A DNA stretch of 64,000 bases. It comes from Azolla caroliniana. Lineage: Eukaryota > Plantae > Polypodiophyta. The stretch spans positions 16,430,001 to 16,494,000 of the forward strand of contig JBHGNT010000010.1 of assembly GCA_043228905.1 (NCBI GenBank), in the 5' to 3' direction. Under the pieces are notes generated by a model. That model was not told where the DNA came from. It ran no database searches and saw only the letters and a program-made list of their open reading frames with translations. How positions within the stretch are numbered: position 1 is the stretch's first letter; each line of letters opens with the position of its first letter. The position numbers were made by a program, and so were the translations under genes. This document shows positions 35,260-47,777 of this stretch, piece after piece.

Positions 35260-36883
35260 CTTCATAAACTGAGCAGAACTAGCTTGTCTTGACCTAAAAA
35301 CCCCTGGCCTATTGAAAGTTATAAGCATAGCAAAGCTCCTCTTGGACCTGAAGTCTTTGCGAGCTTCTCTCAAGTCGAAGGCCTCGCTGGAGATATGAAG
35401 TATGAAGTTTGAGAAGACATGTCTGAATTGGACGCAGATTCAGCTATAAAAGTATAATATTGGTGTGAGTAAATAATTTGTTTAGGTGCTGCTACCCTGA
35501 GCACCTCCATTCCTTCCTTCCCTTTTTTCTTTGATTGCTCATTCATCCTGTTAGATCGATTGATATGTGGTCTACCATTCTGTAAAACTCTCGATTTTTA
35601 CTATAAACTATATATATATTCATCACAACGTGTTCCATTCTATGAATTTGTACTATGTTATATTTCATCCCCATTCATCGTTAATTCAGTTGTAACATGA
35701 AATTCCTCGTGAGGAACTCAATTACACACTTCAATTAGGCAGTTCTAGCACCAATACACAGGAGTAAAGAAGTGCAAGATTGACGAATGATCCAAACAAT
35801 ATATGGGCAATAGGAGAAATACACCGGTAGAAAGATTTACAAATTACTAGTAATTGAAATCCAGCATGTAGGAAATCATAATAATATTCGTTAAAATATG
35901 CACGTCCAGGCTAAGAAAGAATATCGCTACTTTTTAAAACTGAGAATCCGCGAAGTTTAAATGGATAAATGAGCGTCCAGAAATCTATTAGACGAGAGAT
36001 CCTGGTCAAAAGAAGATGCAGAATTGTAATTAATTACAGACAGTTGAAACTCGATTAGTTATACTTGAAACATAGGACTAGTTATACACCTTATTGCAAT
36101 ATACGTTCCTTGATCATGTATGCACATCAATTCGTCTACAACAGTATAAGAGATCAAAACAATAACAGTAAGACATCACAACATTACTTTGATCCCATGC
36201 TTGTGCAAGACGCACTATATAAGAAATATTCTTTATAAAGACATCCGAACACTCAATATTTACAACGCAAAGTTTCTTTCTTATTTTCTTCATAGAAAAG
36301 GCTCTTTCAAGGTAAAATCTCTGCAATATTCTCCTCTAACCAAATGGCTAGGGAAGAATCGCGGAATTACACAGCTAGAATGGCCATAAAGAAAGAAAGA
36401 TGAACGCAGAACAAGCAGGCAAAGTCGCAATTCAGTACCATAGCTCGAAACACCACGTTCTCTCGATTGATTTAACTGAGATTACAAGACCTTAGTATAT
36501 ATTTATATATGTGTGACAAAATAAGCAGCAGCAATTTGGTATTTGAAGCAATAAATTCTGATACAAAAGTTGTAGCAGAAGATGACACCGTGCCGAAACG
36601 TTGTGTGATATACCTCGCAAAAAGTGGAACATTGCAGGAACGTCGTGAAAAAACCGTGTAGAAAACTTTGTAAAGCAACTCTGCGTAGTTGTGTGAATAA
36701 AAAGCGTACTTTGAAAAGAAAACGAGAAGAAACTGTATAACGTGAGACAACGTGGAGAAAGTTTGCATAAAATTGTTAGTTTGAGACAAGGCGCAGACAC
36801 AGTGCAACGTGAAGAAGCTTTGCAAAAACCGTGTTGTGTGTAGGGTTGTACCTCTTAGGAGCATGCATCTGTATAATAGTGTA

Positions 36884-37333
36884 TCACTGTACTGAGTCCC
36901 ACAGCGGGAATTGCACTGCAGATGATCCAAGAGGGGATGTCCGAGAAAGAGGAGACGAGCAGAAATGGCCATTGACATGTCGAGGATGGTGATGGTGAGA
37001 GGGAGAATGGAACGCGAGCATTTCCATTGCTTTAGCGAGGTGCTCATCTTCCTCACGAACTTTTATGACCTGAAGGTGGAGAGTGCGGTGATAACGATGA
37101 GGGGGAGCCACTGTGTCACGGCTTTCACTAATCCTCGAGATAATTGAAATCATCTCAGAATTTGGTGGGATAAGAACAGAAGCATTGTTAGCCAAAGATT
37201 TGTTCAGAGAGCTGGATGGCGAAGAGGATGCAGAAAAGGAAGGCAAAGAAGATGAAGAGGACGAAGATGATGATGAAGAAGAAGAAGAAGATGATGATGA
37301 TGATGATGACGAATGAGCAGCAAGGGACTCCAT
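36884..37333 (-). CDS. Small uncharacterised Ser-rich plant protein (149 aa)
   Basis: ATG-initiated single-exon ORF downstream of a TATA-like region (~37770-37795). Motifs LHLQVIKVREE and SRTSPLG recall a family of short unannotated plant proteins (LHxQxxKIKQE...RSRSPLG); this is recalled, not searched. Confidence 0.55.
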   Translation of the reverse strand: MESLAAHSSSSSSSSSSSSSSSSSSSSSSLPSFSASSSPSSSLNKSLANNASVLIPPNSEMISIISRISESRDTVAPPHRYHRTLHLQVIKVREEDEHLAKAMEMLAFHSPSHHHHPRHVNGHFCSSPLSRTSPLGSSAVQFPLWDSVQ

Positions 37334-37517
37334 GGTTTATTATTTAGATCAGTAGGCAGTGGTGTATATAGTAAGCCAAAAAAAGAAGCAGCAGCAGTTA
37401 TGGCAACATCCAGCTTCTTTTTTTACTTCTTAGAGAATCGTTCAGGAGCTAATTCAAGAAGATTTGTATTCTGTTTGTTGCTGGCGATGGTGATGGTGAT
37501 GGTGACGAGCGTAGTGG

Positions 37518-37733
37518 TCAGCGATGGCGTGATCTGCAGGTGAGGAAGAAGAAGAGGAAAAGGAAGAGGAGATAGAAGCAGAGAAGGAAGCTATGGCGAG
37601 CATCGCCTGATAGGCCGCCTGCTCCTTCTTCGTCTTCTTCGCCTGCTTCTGCGAGGATCGCTTTATACACAGCGTTTGACGAGGATCGACGCGGGCGACG
37701 GAGAGAAGAATGAAGAAGAAAGAACCACCACAT
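37518..37733 (-). CDS. Candidate upstream ORF (71 aa) in the leader of the 36884-37333 gene
   Basis: ATG at 37733 is ~40-60 nt downstream of TATA-like sequence. GC-rich codons encode RRPRRSSSNAVYKAILAEAG. The stop is 184 nt before the main ATG. Confidence 0.35.
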   Translation of the reverse strand: MWWFFLLHSSLRRPRRSSSNAVYKAILAEAGEEDEEGAGGLSGDARHSFLLCFYLLFLFLFFFLTCRSRHR

Positions 37734-40700
37734 TCTCTGTGTATGTGCAGTAGAGAGAGAGAGAGAAAGATATATATAAATTTATTTATATATTAAATTA
37801 ACATTAGTATTCTCCATTTCTTTTAATGCTTTTATTTTTATTTTTCTGGTTGAATCTTTTAATTTAAAAAGGCAATTAAAACGAATTTAAAAACAGGTGG
37901 GTTTATGAATAATGTGGCGATGGTGCAGAAAATAAAGTGAATACATAAATAGGATAAATAATTAAAATTGTTATTATTATAATTAGGAGTAATAATTTAA
38001 GGAGACAACCGACCCCGTGAGCGGTTATATAAAAACAAACAAAAAACACACCACCTCCGCATCATAAATTTATTATATATTTCTTTCTTTATTTATTTCT
38101 CTGTTTTTTTATTAAACAAATACTGTAGTTTATTTATTTATTTGTTTAATGTTTTTTGGGCTTCTTGGCCTTCTTCTTTTTGCGTCTATTATTATTTATT
38201 AGTTATTAATTCTCTGCCGCAAAGTTTCTTGATTTATATTACTAATATGAACACCATTTTAAAACCCAATATATAAATAAATTAATAAATATATGTATCA
38301 TCCAAAATAAATTCCCACGGTAATTTATTTTTCCCAATATGTAAATAATTCTTTATATTTATTTGTAATGAGCATGCTTTGTTTGTTTTGGAGTTCATCT
38401 TTCATTCCTCATTCAAGAAGCCCATGATCATATCATATCATTATGATCATCCCATGCACTTGCATTTGAATGGTGTTCTATTCCGAGGAGGAGCCTGGAG
38501 GGTGTGGGATTGAATCGACATATCATTGACACTCCCATTGATCCATCTGCCAAACCCAACATGCATCATTCGAAGAAAGATTTTAGAAAGACTTTCGCGT
38601 TTTCCTTCCGCTAGGAAAAAGCCTACACACTTGCACTCCTATCTCGAAACGTTCACAACTGCTTAGGAGAAACGTTCACAATCTATGTATAGCAAAAAAA
38701 CAGAAGAAGAAGAAGAAGAAGAAGTATTGGGACATCTCTATATTTTGGTCGAGACCATTTCAATCAAATATGACAAAAGTTTCAGGAAAAAAAACACACT
38801 AGGTGTTGCCTCGTTGTTTTTGCTCGAATGCGATGCTAAATTAAGCTTTGGAAGCGGTCATAGAGCTGATCAAAGCTAAAAAGATAATAAAAATGAACGT
38901 AAGTAGTTTGTTCGTGCTCAACAATGCTAACAAACAATACCCACTTTCGTTTTGCATTCTAGCCCTCAACTAGGAGATGCTTTCTTTGAAGACCCACTCG
39001 AAATAAATCATTACATCGAATTTTGTGTATGGAAGAGAAATCATGATGAAATCATTTCAAGAGAGTGCTTGATGCTTCGTTATGAATTATAAGTTTGTTC
39101 AATTTTCCAAATGCATGTTTTCTTGATGAGGGTTTGAATGTTAAAATATGGTGATTCATATGTGCTCTAAAATCCTCATTTATTCATTCAGTATGTTGGA
39201 GTTGCTCTTTTAAAAAGTTTTTGTTCCTTATAAGTCATCTCATCATTGGCTTGAAATGGAGAACTCTAATACGTCAACTAAGCTATCATTTGTATACTGC
39301 TATCTGTGTATATTCAATATACTTTTGATAGGTGCCACATACTCTTAATTGATACCTAACATGGCTCATTCTTATTGATTGTGCTCCATAATCCAATGTT
39401 ATGCATAAAAGTCTTTTTAGAGATATTAGTGGTATGACATAACAATAATATTGCATATGATGACATTTGGGAGGAGAGGTGTCTATGTCACTTGCTAAAA
39501 TATATCGTTAGTTGGTATTGCATAAATGATTTGTGGCATGTGGATTCAAGGAGGAAGTTGTGTCATGATGTATCACTTATTTGCTTTAATGTTGAATTTT
39601 GACCCATGGAACACTTGTCGATGGTGCATTATTATCAAATCGTCAACATTATATTGCGATGAAATGTCTTCCAATGTTTTGGAGCATGGACGTGTCTTAG
39701 GGTAAATGAAATATCATCATCCATCTAAATATATAGTATATGTAAAAGTATAGGTGTGTTAGTGTGCTTAACTCAATTTAACAATGTTGTTTACATTCTC
39801 CATAAGACAAACTTTGCCTTACTAAGTGCCCAATTTAATCATTTCTAATCTTGATTCTTATTGTTGGTATTGTTGCACTCACAATGATGGGTTGTTTCTT
39901 ACATGGTGATTTGATGTTGCGACTCAGCAAGGAAAAGATTATGCACCATTGATGGAAGTCAATTGTCAAACCATCATTAATAAATATTAGACTAAAGTAT
40001 GTGTTACTCAATTAAAAATGGGAAGGTGTCTTGTATGAACAAGATATTCAATAATAATCAATCAAGTATGAAGTGATCATTGTCATATGTTTGTTTGTGA
40101 CCCAACCATCTCATCATAAAATATGATACCAATACGCTCAATGGAACATTTGTTTTATTTATGCATGCATATAAGCCTATTCGGGTTCTTGAATACACAA
40201 TATATTTGCGTTGTGGAAAAATATTAGCGTCAATGCTATGACACTATTTTTTATGAGAATTGTTAGTGGTGCATAATCTCAAACCAAAATGATGAAGAAA
40301 CAATTCAACGAGAGAATTTGTTGGTCCTACATGATTTCAAACTAAACTTATAGTTATGAACTAATTCTTACATACATTAGTCAAGACTTGAGGCCATAAC
40401 TGTAGTATTGAAAAGTGCACTTGCACCATCATGCTAAAAAAATAATTTAATTTAGGAATGTTGATAAGAATTAACTTCCTCAGTTTGTAAACTATGAATT
40501 GTGGGGATGTTAAAGCCTTTTTTTATGATGAATGAAAAATATGTTCTTATGATGTGCTTTGGCAGATAATGCACTCGTTAACCTTATGTCAATTGTGCAA
40601 CTACACTATGTTAATATGATTATATTGGAGAAATTGATATTGTTATAGGTGGATTTGTTTCCTCGTCGTGCTTTTCTCTATTGCTCTTTCTTTAGTTTGT

Positions 40701-42388
40701 ATATGCTTTGCATGCTAATAATTCTCCATTTTAACACTTTGCTTTCAACTTGTAAATGCAAATAATTGAGTTCTCGATACGGTCACCCTTACTAAACAAC
40801 CATACACACTTGCAATTGCATTTTATTTCTATTCAAGGTATTTCTAGTGTATAAGCTTGTGCATTTATCTAAAAACAATACCGAGGTGAAATATGGATCC
40901 AATTCAAATTATTGATTTGGAGATTCTAAAATATCATATTTCCTAGCCAATAATAATTCAACTTAATGCATTTAGGGCGTTATCACAACTTTAGGGTTGT
41001 AGTAATAAATTAACATAAAAATACATCCACCTTGCGATTCATTTATTGACATTGGCGCGCTAACAACTAAAAGTGATGTTAATATTTATCCACTTTGACA
41101 AATCTTACATCCAAGAAACGTTCATTAAGGGTATCCACACAACAAATGCAATATTGTCAAGTTTAGATATTTTCAATAAGGACTCATTTAACAAGGTTAT
41201 AACATACTTCAAAGTTCATATCATGACATGGCCATTCCAAGCACCATACAATTTATTGAGAATCTCAATCATAACAACTATTCTAAGCATCCATACCACC
41301 TACAAAGTGCTTACTTATAAATAAATTACACACAATGGGCATCCAAACTAGACCTTTGTGTTTTCTTTCAGAGCGCCTATTCATGCAATAATTTCTTCTC
41401 TTCACAAGCTTCATGACATTTGGATATTGCTTTTGCACTTTATGTATGAAGACTCTCACTATGACTACCATACAAAGATTCTACACTAGAAACTTACACA
41501 AGAGTATTATAGTGATAATACCTTCACACAATCCAATGGAACATGTAGCAAAAGTGCATATGATTAAAGATTTGAACACATGCATAAAAAGTATATGAGT
41601 GACAACTTCATCACATATGGGAATTGGCCATCACCATATCATGACCACGCTAAACTATGAAATGGACATGACATTGTAAAAAAGAAAACACCCCTGATAT
41701 AGTCAAAATGAAAATATTAGAATATTTACCTTGATTCCATCACGATTGAAAACATGATCCACTTATGGCATCTTTCAAAATCTTATTCTCCATTATTAGC
41801 ATTGCATGGATTTATGTGTACTCTACTTGTTTCATCAAGTTGTTTATACCAAGAGATTTTGTACCCAACCACAACATGAAGGCGTCGTCTTGCATCAACT
41901 AAGAGACTTATATATTCCTCCCTATTTGATTAGACAAAGCATTTCATGGACTAGTTTATGAGTTTATGTTATTAAATGGTAAATCTAAATACTATGAGAT
42001 TTTGCAACCTTAAGGTTGTGGGGCTAAGTCTCAAACAATAATTCTTCACATTTAGTTTGAGAGTTATCGAAGTGCTTCACATTTTCCATTCAAGATCATG
42101 CACACTAACAATTTGTTCCTAAAAAATCGCTTTTACATTTTCAACCCTCCCACCCAACCCGAGGGTTGAAAATGCTACAACGTTACCTTACAATGGAGAA
42201 TTCTAATGAAAGTGACAAAATTCTATTTTTTTTTCGTAAGTGGGTTGGTTTTGTTACTTATACTTTCAAAACTTTTCCATTTGGGATTAATATATTTATT
42301 TTCCTTATTTAAGGAAGATGGAGAGATTTGTTGATAAAGTTGATGCACATTGATGATTTATTGTCGATAGTAGTAAATCGTTGGTAAA

Positions 42389-42690
42389 TATCACATGAGA
42401 ATTGTTTCTCCTTCTATAAGTGTGAAATTATCTCAGAAAAACAAATTGAAATTTGTGGCCATAGAAAGAATGGCTTTTTAACAGAAATCCCTACGTCAAC
42501 ACTAATGATTTATTTATTTATTTCCAAAAAAACACTAATGGTTTGTTGTCGCTAATAGCAAATTGTCAACCATCATTTGTAAACATCACATGACAATTGT
42601 TCTCCTTCTACATATGTGAAGTTATCTTAGATAAACAAATTGAATTTATTGCCATAAAAAAAAGTTTGTTAATAGAAATTCCCTATGCCA
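42389..42690. repeat. Diverged ~197-bp-period tandem duplication
   Basis: atcacatga.aattgt(t)tctccttcta...tgtgaa.ttatct.aga.aaacaaattgaa at ~42389 and ~42586. Confidence 0.75.
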
Positions 42691-43234
42691 AGATTTTGAT
42701 TTTATATGTTTTGTTGGGGTCGAACAATGTCATCACATAACATGTTGCCTTTAATAATTAGAAGTTAGAACATTTCCTTTGCAATGTATTACTTTCCCTA
42801 TTTTCTTTAAGATAGTATACATGGACAAATTCCTTTCTATCAACATCCTAAAATTTTACAAAACTTATTTTCAATTGTATAAATTGAAGGTATGAAGCGT
42901 CATTGTCTCCACGAATTTCATAAATATACAAATTTAGGCTTATAGACAAAGCTTATCTTAGCGGGGGTTTAGTTAGCCCCTTAGAAGCATTCAAAATTGC
43001 TACTCTAGGTAGTGTGTCATTGTGCTTATGTTGAGGCTTTTGTGAGTTATATCAATAGTTTTCTTACGTTCGTCCCCAATATATTTTGTATAGAGAGAAA
43101 CTACCATTCTCCAAGTGGAATATGTGGGATTTGGAAATGTGGCACTACTCAATACATATATTGACTCCTAGTCTAGTATTGAGTATCTTATGAGAGGTGA
43201 AGGCACTCAAGGTGTCTTGGTCGGCTTATGTGTA

Positions 43235-43347
43235 TGAAGTGAGCCGACTAATGTGGAAGTGAGTATGGATCTAGTTGTTGAGTTATCTAGCAAGCAATGG
43301 ATGGATCATGGAGATATGAGGCAATGTTCCTATTCAGAGAGTATACA

Positions 43348-43385
<38 letters not shown>

Positions 43386-43913
43386 CACAATTTTGGGTTC
43401 AAGAAGATGGTTGCACTATTAATCCCACTAACTCACTTTTACAAGTCACTGACTCTCACTCTCATAGTTAGGTTAACTAAGCCCTAACTTGTGAGGACAT
43501 GTTCACATTAGGAATACAAGGGTTGGGTGGAGTAGGACTTTTAGTCCAACAAGAGGCAACATCATTCAACTTTAAGGGGAGTGTGAAACTGGTATCATTG
43601 ACTCTAAATTCATGGTAGCTTGGTTAAAGCTTAACTATAAGAGTAGGTAAATTGAGTCTTGTAATGAAGTTCAGCGGATAATTTAATAGAAAGTTGAGTC
43701 TCTTGAGCAAAATGACCTCTTTGTGTAACAATCTTCTCGTTTTCCTCTCTCGGCATATTATGTGTTGAACAGTGCACAACCTTCTCTTCTTGTCATCTTT
43801 GATGTTTGCCTAATATATCAACTAATCCTATTTGCTTCCATGCTACAAGTTGGCCAAGACATCACCATTGTCTTTTCATTCTTCAACTGGTATTAGAATG
43901 GTCGTAGTCCGGC

Positions 43914-43977
<64 letters not shown>

Positions 43978-44227
43978 CAAGGAGAAAGAATCTGTTAAAG
44001 GAAAGGATCATGCCAACAATATTATTTCCAAAAGAAGATGGCATCGACATCTGACACTGGTGTGGAAATCCAGAAATTTGATGGCAAAAACTTTGCCCTT
44101 TGGAAGGAGATGATGCAGGATGTGTTAATCATCCGATGTCAAGTTGAAGCAATACGACACAACAACAAGCCAACTTTAGTGACCGCAAAAGAATGACGAT
44201 CTTTGGATGAAATGGCCAGATCAACCA
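43235..44227 (+). mobile_element. Copia element A: 5' LTR (to ~43885), PBS and gag start, truncated by element B
   Basis: The LTR end CA is followed by tRNA-iMet PBS-like TGGTATTAGA at 43888. ATG 44038 gives MASTSDTGVEIQKFDGKNFALWKEMMQDVL, a Copia gag N-terminus with one in-frame stop. The LTR start is uncertain. Confidence 0.7.
43913..43977. repeat. (CAA)n microsatellite in Copia leader
   Basis: About 21 CAA units between PBS and gag ATG. Confidence 0.95.
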
Positions 44228-44289
44228 TGTAAAGAATCAAGAGATGGATTCTTGTGAAGCGGAAGAGATGTGAGTTATGTGTGTGAAGC

Positions 44290-44359
<70 letters not shown>

Positions 44360-44923
44360 TAGAGAATACGCAAGGTAAAAGTATATTGACAAAGGAGAAA
44401 GACTCAACATTATACAAGGTGGGAGGAGGGTGCTTTATGTAGTCACCTTCTCTCTTCATTAACTACAAGACTCATGGAGCATGGGGAATGTGAAAGCTCA
44501 TAAGTTATGTGTCATAGAATATGATTCTATGACTCATACTAAATGCTAGAATACAAAGTGGTGACTTAATGGTGACTCTTGACCGTTGGAGTGTCTATTC
44601 ACTCTCAAGGTGAGTTCACACACTAGACCAAGTTGAGCTTGATTCTCAACATGCCCCCTCAAGCTCAAGTCGGGTCGGTTTCAGACGGTATCTGAAATCC
44701 GCTTCGACTCGCGTTCCGGTGTCCGCGTTGACTCGCATCGACTTGCTTTATGCGGAGTTGCGGAATCCGTGCTCCAACTTGCGTTGTGCATAGTTGTGAA
44801 GTCTGTGCTTCGGCTTGCGTCTTTCTTCGCGGCTTTGAGCGGTAGATCGACTCTTCGCAGCTTCGTTGCGTGGTTTCGGAATCCACACGTTATTGCGTAA
44901 TGTGCGGTTGCGGAATCTACGCG

Positions 44924-46537
44924 TTATTGCGTAGTGTCTTGCGTACTCCCCCTCAAGCTTGGCAGGTCAAGGATCGTTAATCCGAGATCGGTCATGAATT
45001 GCCATAGCTTGTCGGCTCCTAAAGCCTTAGTGAAGATGTCGGCCATTTGAAGATTTGTGCTAATGTGTTGTAGGTCGACATCGCCAGCTAGAACACGCTC
45101 TCGGATGAAGTGATAGTGCACTTCGATGTGCTTTGTCCACGCGTGGAACACCGGGTTTCGAGCCAGATAGATACTGCTCATGTTGTAGTAGTAAAGGGAA
45201 GTCAGATCCTTGATGGGTACGCCCAAATCCTTCAAAATCCTCTTGAGCCATACGACTTCACACGCAGCTACGGCTGCGCCCCTGTATTCCGCCTCCGTAC
45301 TCGAAAGAGCGACGTTAGGCTGCTTCTTGCTACTCCAGGATATTGCTCCGCTGCTGAGGGAGAAAACAAATCCGGAGGTTGATCTTCTATCGGCTTTGTA
45401 GCCGGCCCAATCGGCATTTGTGTACCCCTCGAGTCGTATTGGCATCGCGGTTTTGTAGAGGATGCTGCAATCCATTGTGTTACTCACGTATCGTAGAACT
45501 CGCTTAGCGCAATCCAAGTGAGTATCATGTGGTGTTTGCATGAATTGGCTAAGGAGACCGACCGGATAACTGAGATCGGGTCGTGTGATCGTGAGGTAGA
45601 TGAGACTCCCGATGAGTTGCCAATACTGAGTCGGCTCACACACTTTGGTGCCTGAGTGCGCATCTAGTTTGAGATTACGATCGAGTGGGGTTGCCACGGA
45701 TTTGCACTCAGCCATCCCGAACTTGTATAACAAGTTGAGGATGTAGTGCCGTTGAGAGATCATGATTCCGGCCGGAGTCCAAATTACCTCGATGCCGAGG
45801 AAGTAGTGGAGCTCCTTCATGTCCGTCATCTCAAACTTGTCGGAAAGGAGGGATTTGACTTTATTGATTTCGATGAGATGCTCACCTCCAATGACTAGGT
45901 CATCCACATATAAGATGATGATAATCGGACTTGCGGAATCGCTTCGTATGTAGAGGGAGTTGTCCGATTTTGACATACGTAAGCCGATTTGATGAAGATA
46001 TTGCGTTATCTTCGAATGCCAAGCACACGGTGCTTGCTTGAGGCCGTAGAGTGGCTTCTTGAGTTGACAAACAACTTTCAGATGGGTGCTCGAGTTGAAG
46101 CCGGGTGGTTGGATCATGTACACCTCCTCTTCTAATTCGCCTTGTAGAAAGGCGTTCTTGACGTCCATTTGATGGAGGTGCCACCCTTTCGCCGCGACAA
46201 TCGCAATTACGGTCCGCACCGTCGTCATCTTTGCCACCGGGGCAAAGGTCTCTTCGTAGTCGACGCCATGCGTCTGAGCGTATCCATTCGCTACGAGTCG
46301 AGCTTTGTAGCGGTTGATGGAACCGTCAACGTTGTACTTCACTTTGTAGATCCATCTGCATCCGATCGCCTTTTTGTGGGGTGAAGTGGGAACGAGATCC
46401 CACGTCTCGTTCTTCCGTAGTGCCTGCATCTCCTTGTTCATTGCTTCGATCCATCGTGGGTCCTTCGCGGCTTCGGAAAAGGTTTCCGGCTCCCATACTG
46501 TTGCTACCTTCATCATAAAGGTGTAATGGTACGCCAT
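44924..46537 (-). pseudogene. Copia RT-RNaseH reading frame of element B (open but with degenerate catalytic motifs)
   Basis: 537-aa open frame. RNaseH motifs read YTNADWAG (usually YxDADWAG) and YYYNMSSI (usually YCDN). Confidence 0.85.
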
Positions 46538-46831
46538 ATAATCGTTGTAGCCGAATCGGCTTACGGGGTTCTTTTCACGAGTGGATCGACGGAGCTTCTC
46601 GTTTGCAGAGATGAGGGCTTTCTTAGCTCAAATTGGTACCTCGAAACCGCCGAACTCACTGTCGAGTGAGTGAGTCGACTCATCGTCGTCGACATGATCG
46701 TCTACGTATTCCGCCATTTTCGCCTTGCCTTTGTCCATCATTGGGCTAGGGCGTGATGTGCTTTGATCGCTCAAAGGCTCTTGTGGTCCGCTCAGTCGGG
46801 TTGTGATCGGACTTTCTTCGAACATGCGCGT

Positions 46832-47607
46832 TGTCGTGGAGAATGTGATTCACGATATAAAAATGAGCTTAAATGTTGTATTTAATAATATTTGAGAGAC
46901 TTGAACCCACATCCTTATAAACGATGTACAATGTACATACCACTAGGCTAGGCTATTTATTTGTAAAAGTTTGTAATAAATGTGCTTCATTTTATAAGAA
47001 TGAAGCTATATATTGTATTAAGTAAAATTTAGGGACTTGAACCCTCAACCTTGTATACCAAGCACCAAGCATACACCACTAAGCTAGGTTAGTTATTTTA
47101 GAATGCATTTTCATCATTATACTTATCCCATATCTATTTTCATACATAGCCATCATTCATCACATGCAATGCATGTGCGCCAAATGGCGATCATGCATTA
47201 CATGTAACTCATGCATTGCATGCATGCCATGCTCCCATACATTACCATATGCATGGCAACACTTATATAAAGAGGGGCAAGGGGAAAATAGGGGAAGGAA
47301 TAAAGGAAGAGAAAGTAAGAAATCAGACAATTTATTAAGCAAAGAAGCTAGCTCATTTGGGGAAGTGTCTTGTCTCTCAGAGTTGAAGTCGTGGGTTCAA
47401 ATCAAGGGTCGATAGAAAATGTGTTCAGTTTGCGATCAAGGATTGTAAAGTTGGTAAAATATTATACTTTTAATATACATTGAATGTTTATATCATATAC
47501 TCTTGTTCCTTGAATCATACTTCGTCTCAATCTTCTTTCTAGAATCATACTTTGTCTCAATCTTCTTTCTTGAATCATACATTGTCTCTATCTTTTATCT
47601 ATGCTCG

Positions 47608-47640
<33 letters not shown>

Positions 47641-47777
47641 TTACTCGTAACTCTTCTTCTTACTATCCTTAACCATTCTTTCATCACCATACAAGCCTTA
47701 TTAAAAGTTAAGTTTCTTCAACTCCCCTTAACCTTAGTCTCCGTGACTTCGCCGCACGAACCACAACTACCCCGACA
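46832..47777 (+). mobile_element. 946-bp solo-LTR-like insertion with 4-bp TSD (GCGT) inside element B
   Basis: Ends are TGTCG...CGACA, with GCGT at 46828-46831 and 47778-47781. Removing it restores the frame EDEDRLTRMFEESP. Internal TATA-like ttatataaa at ~47262. Orientation is inferred. Confidence 0.85.

Noticed and set aside
37113-37316. Plus-strand acidic D/E-rich ORF
   Set aside because: Antisense of the poly-Ser tract; non-ATG start, and the TATA/leader layout favours the minus strand.
39000-41900. Possible decayed KDZ/CxC-type transposase (hints such as YCMNR, GHNC)
   Set aside because: Motifs are short, on inconsistent strands and frames, and cannot be supported without a profile search.
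43832-44113. Poly-Q ORF
   Set aside because: A (CAA)n microsatellite in the Copia leader; the gag frame is different and starts at 44038.
46894-47410. Functional tRNA genes
   Set aside because: A and B boxes are present but I could not form acceptor and anticodon stems; reported as tRNA-like cassettes instead.
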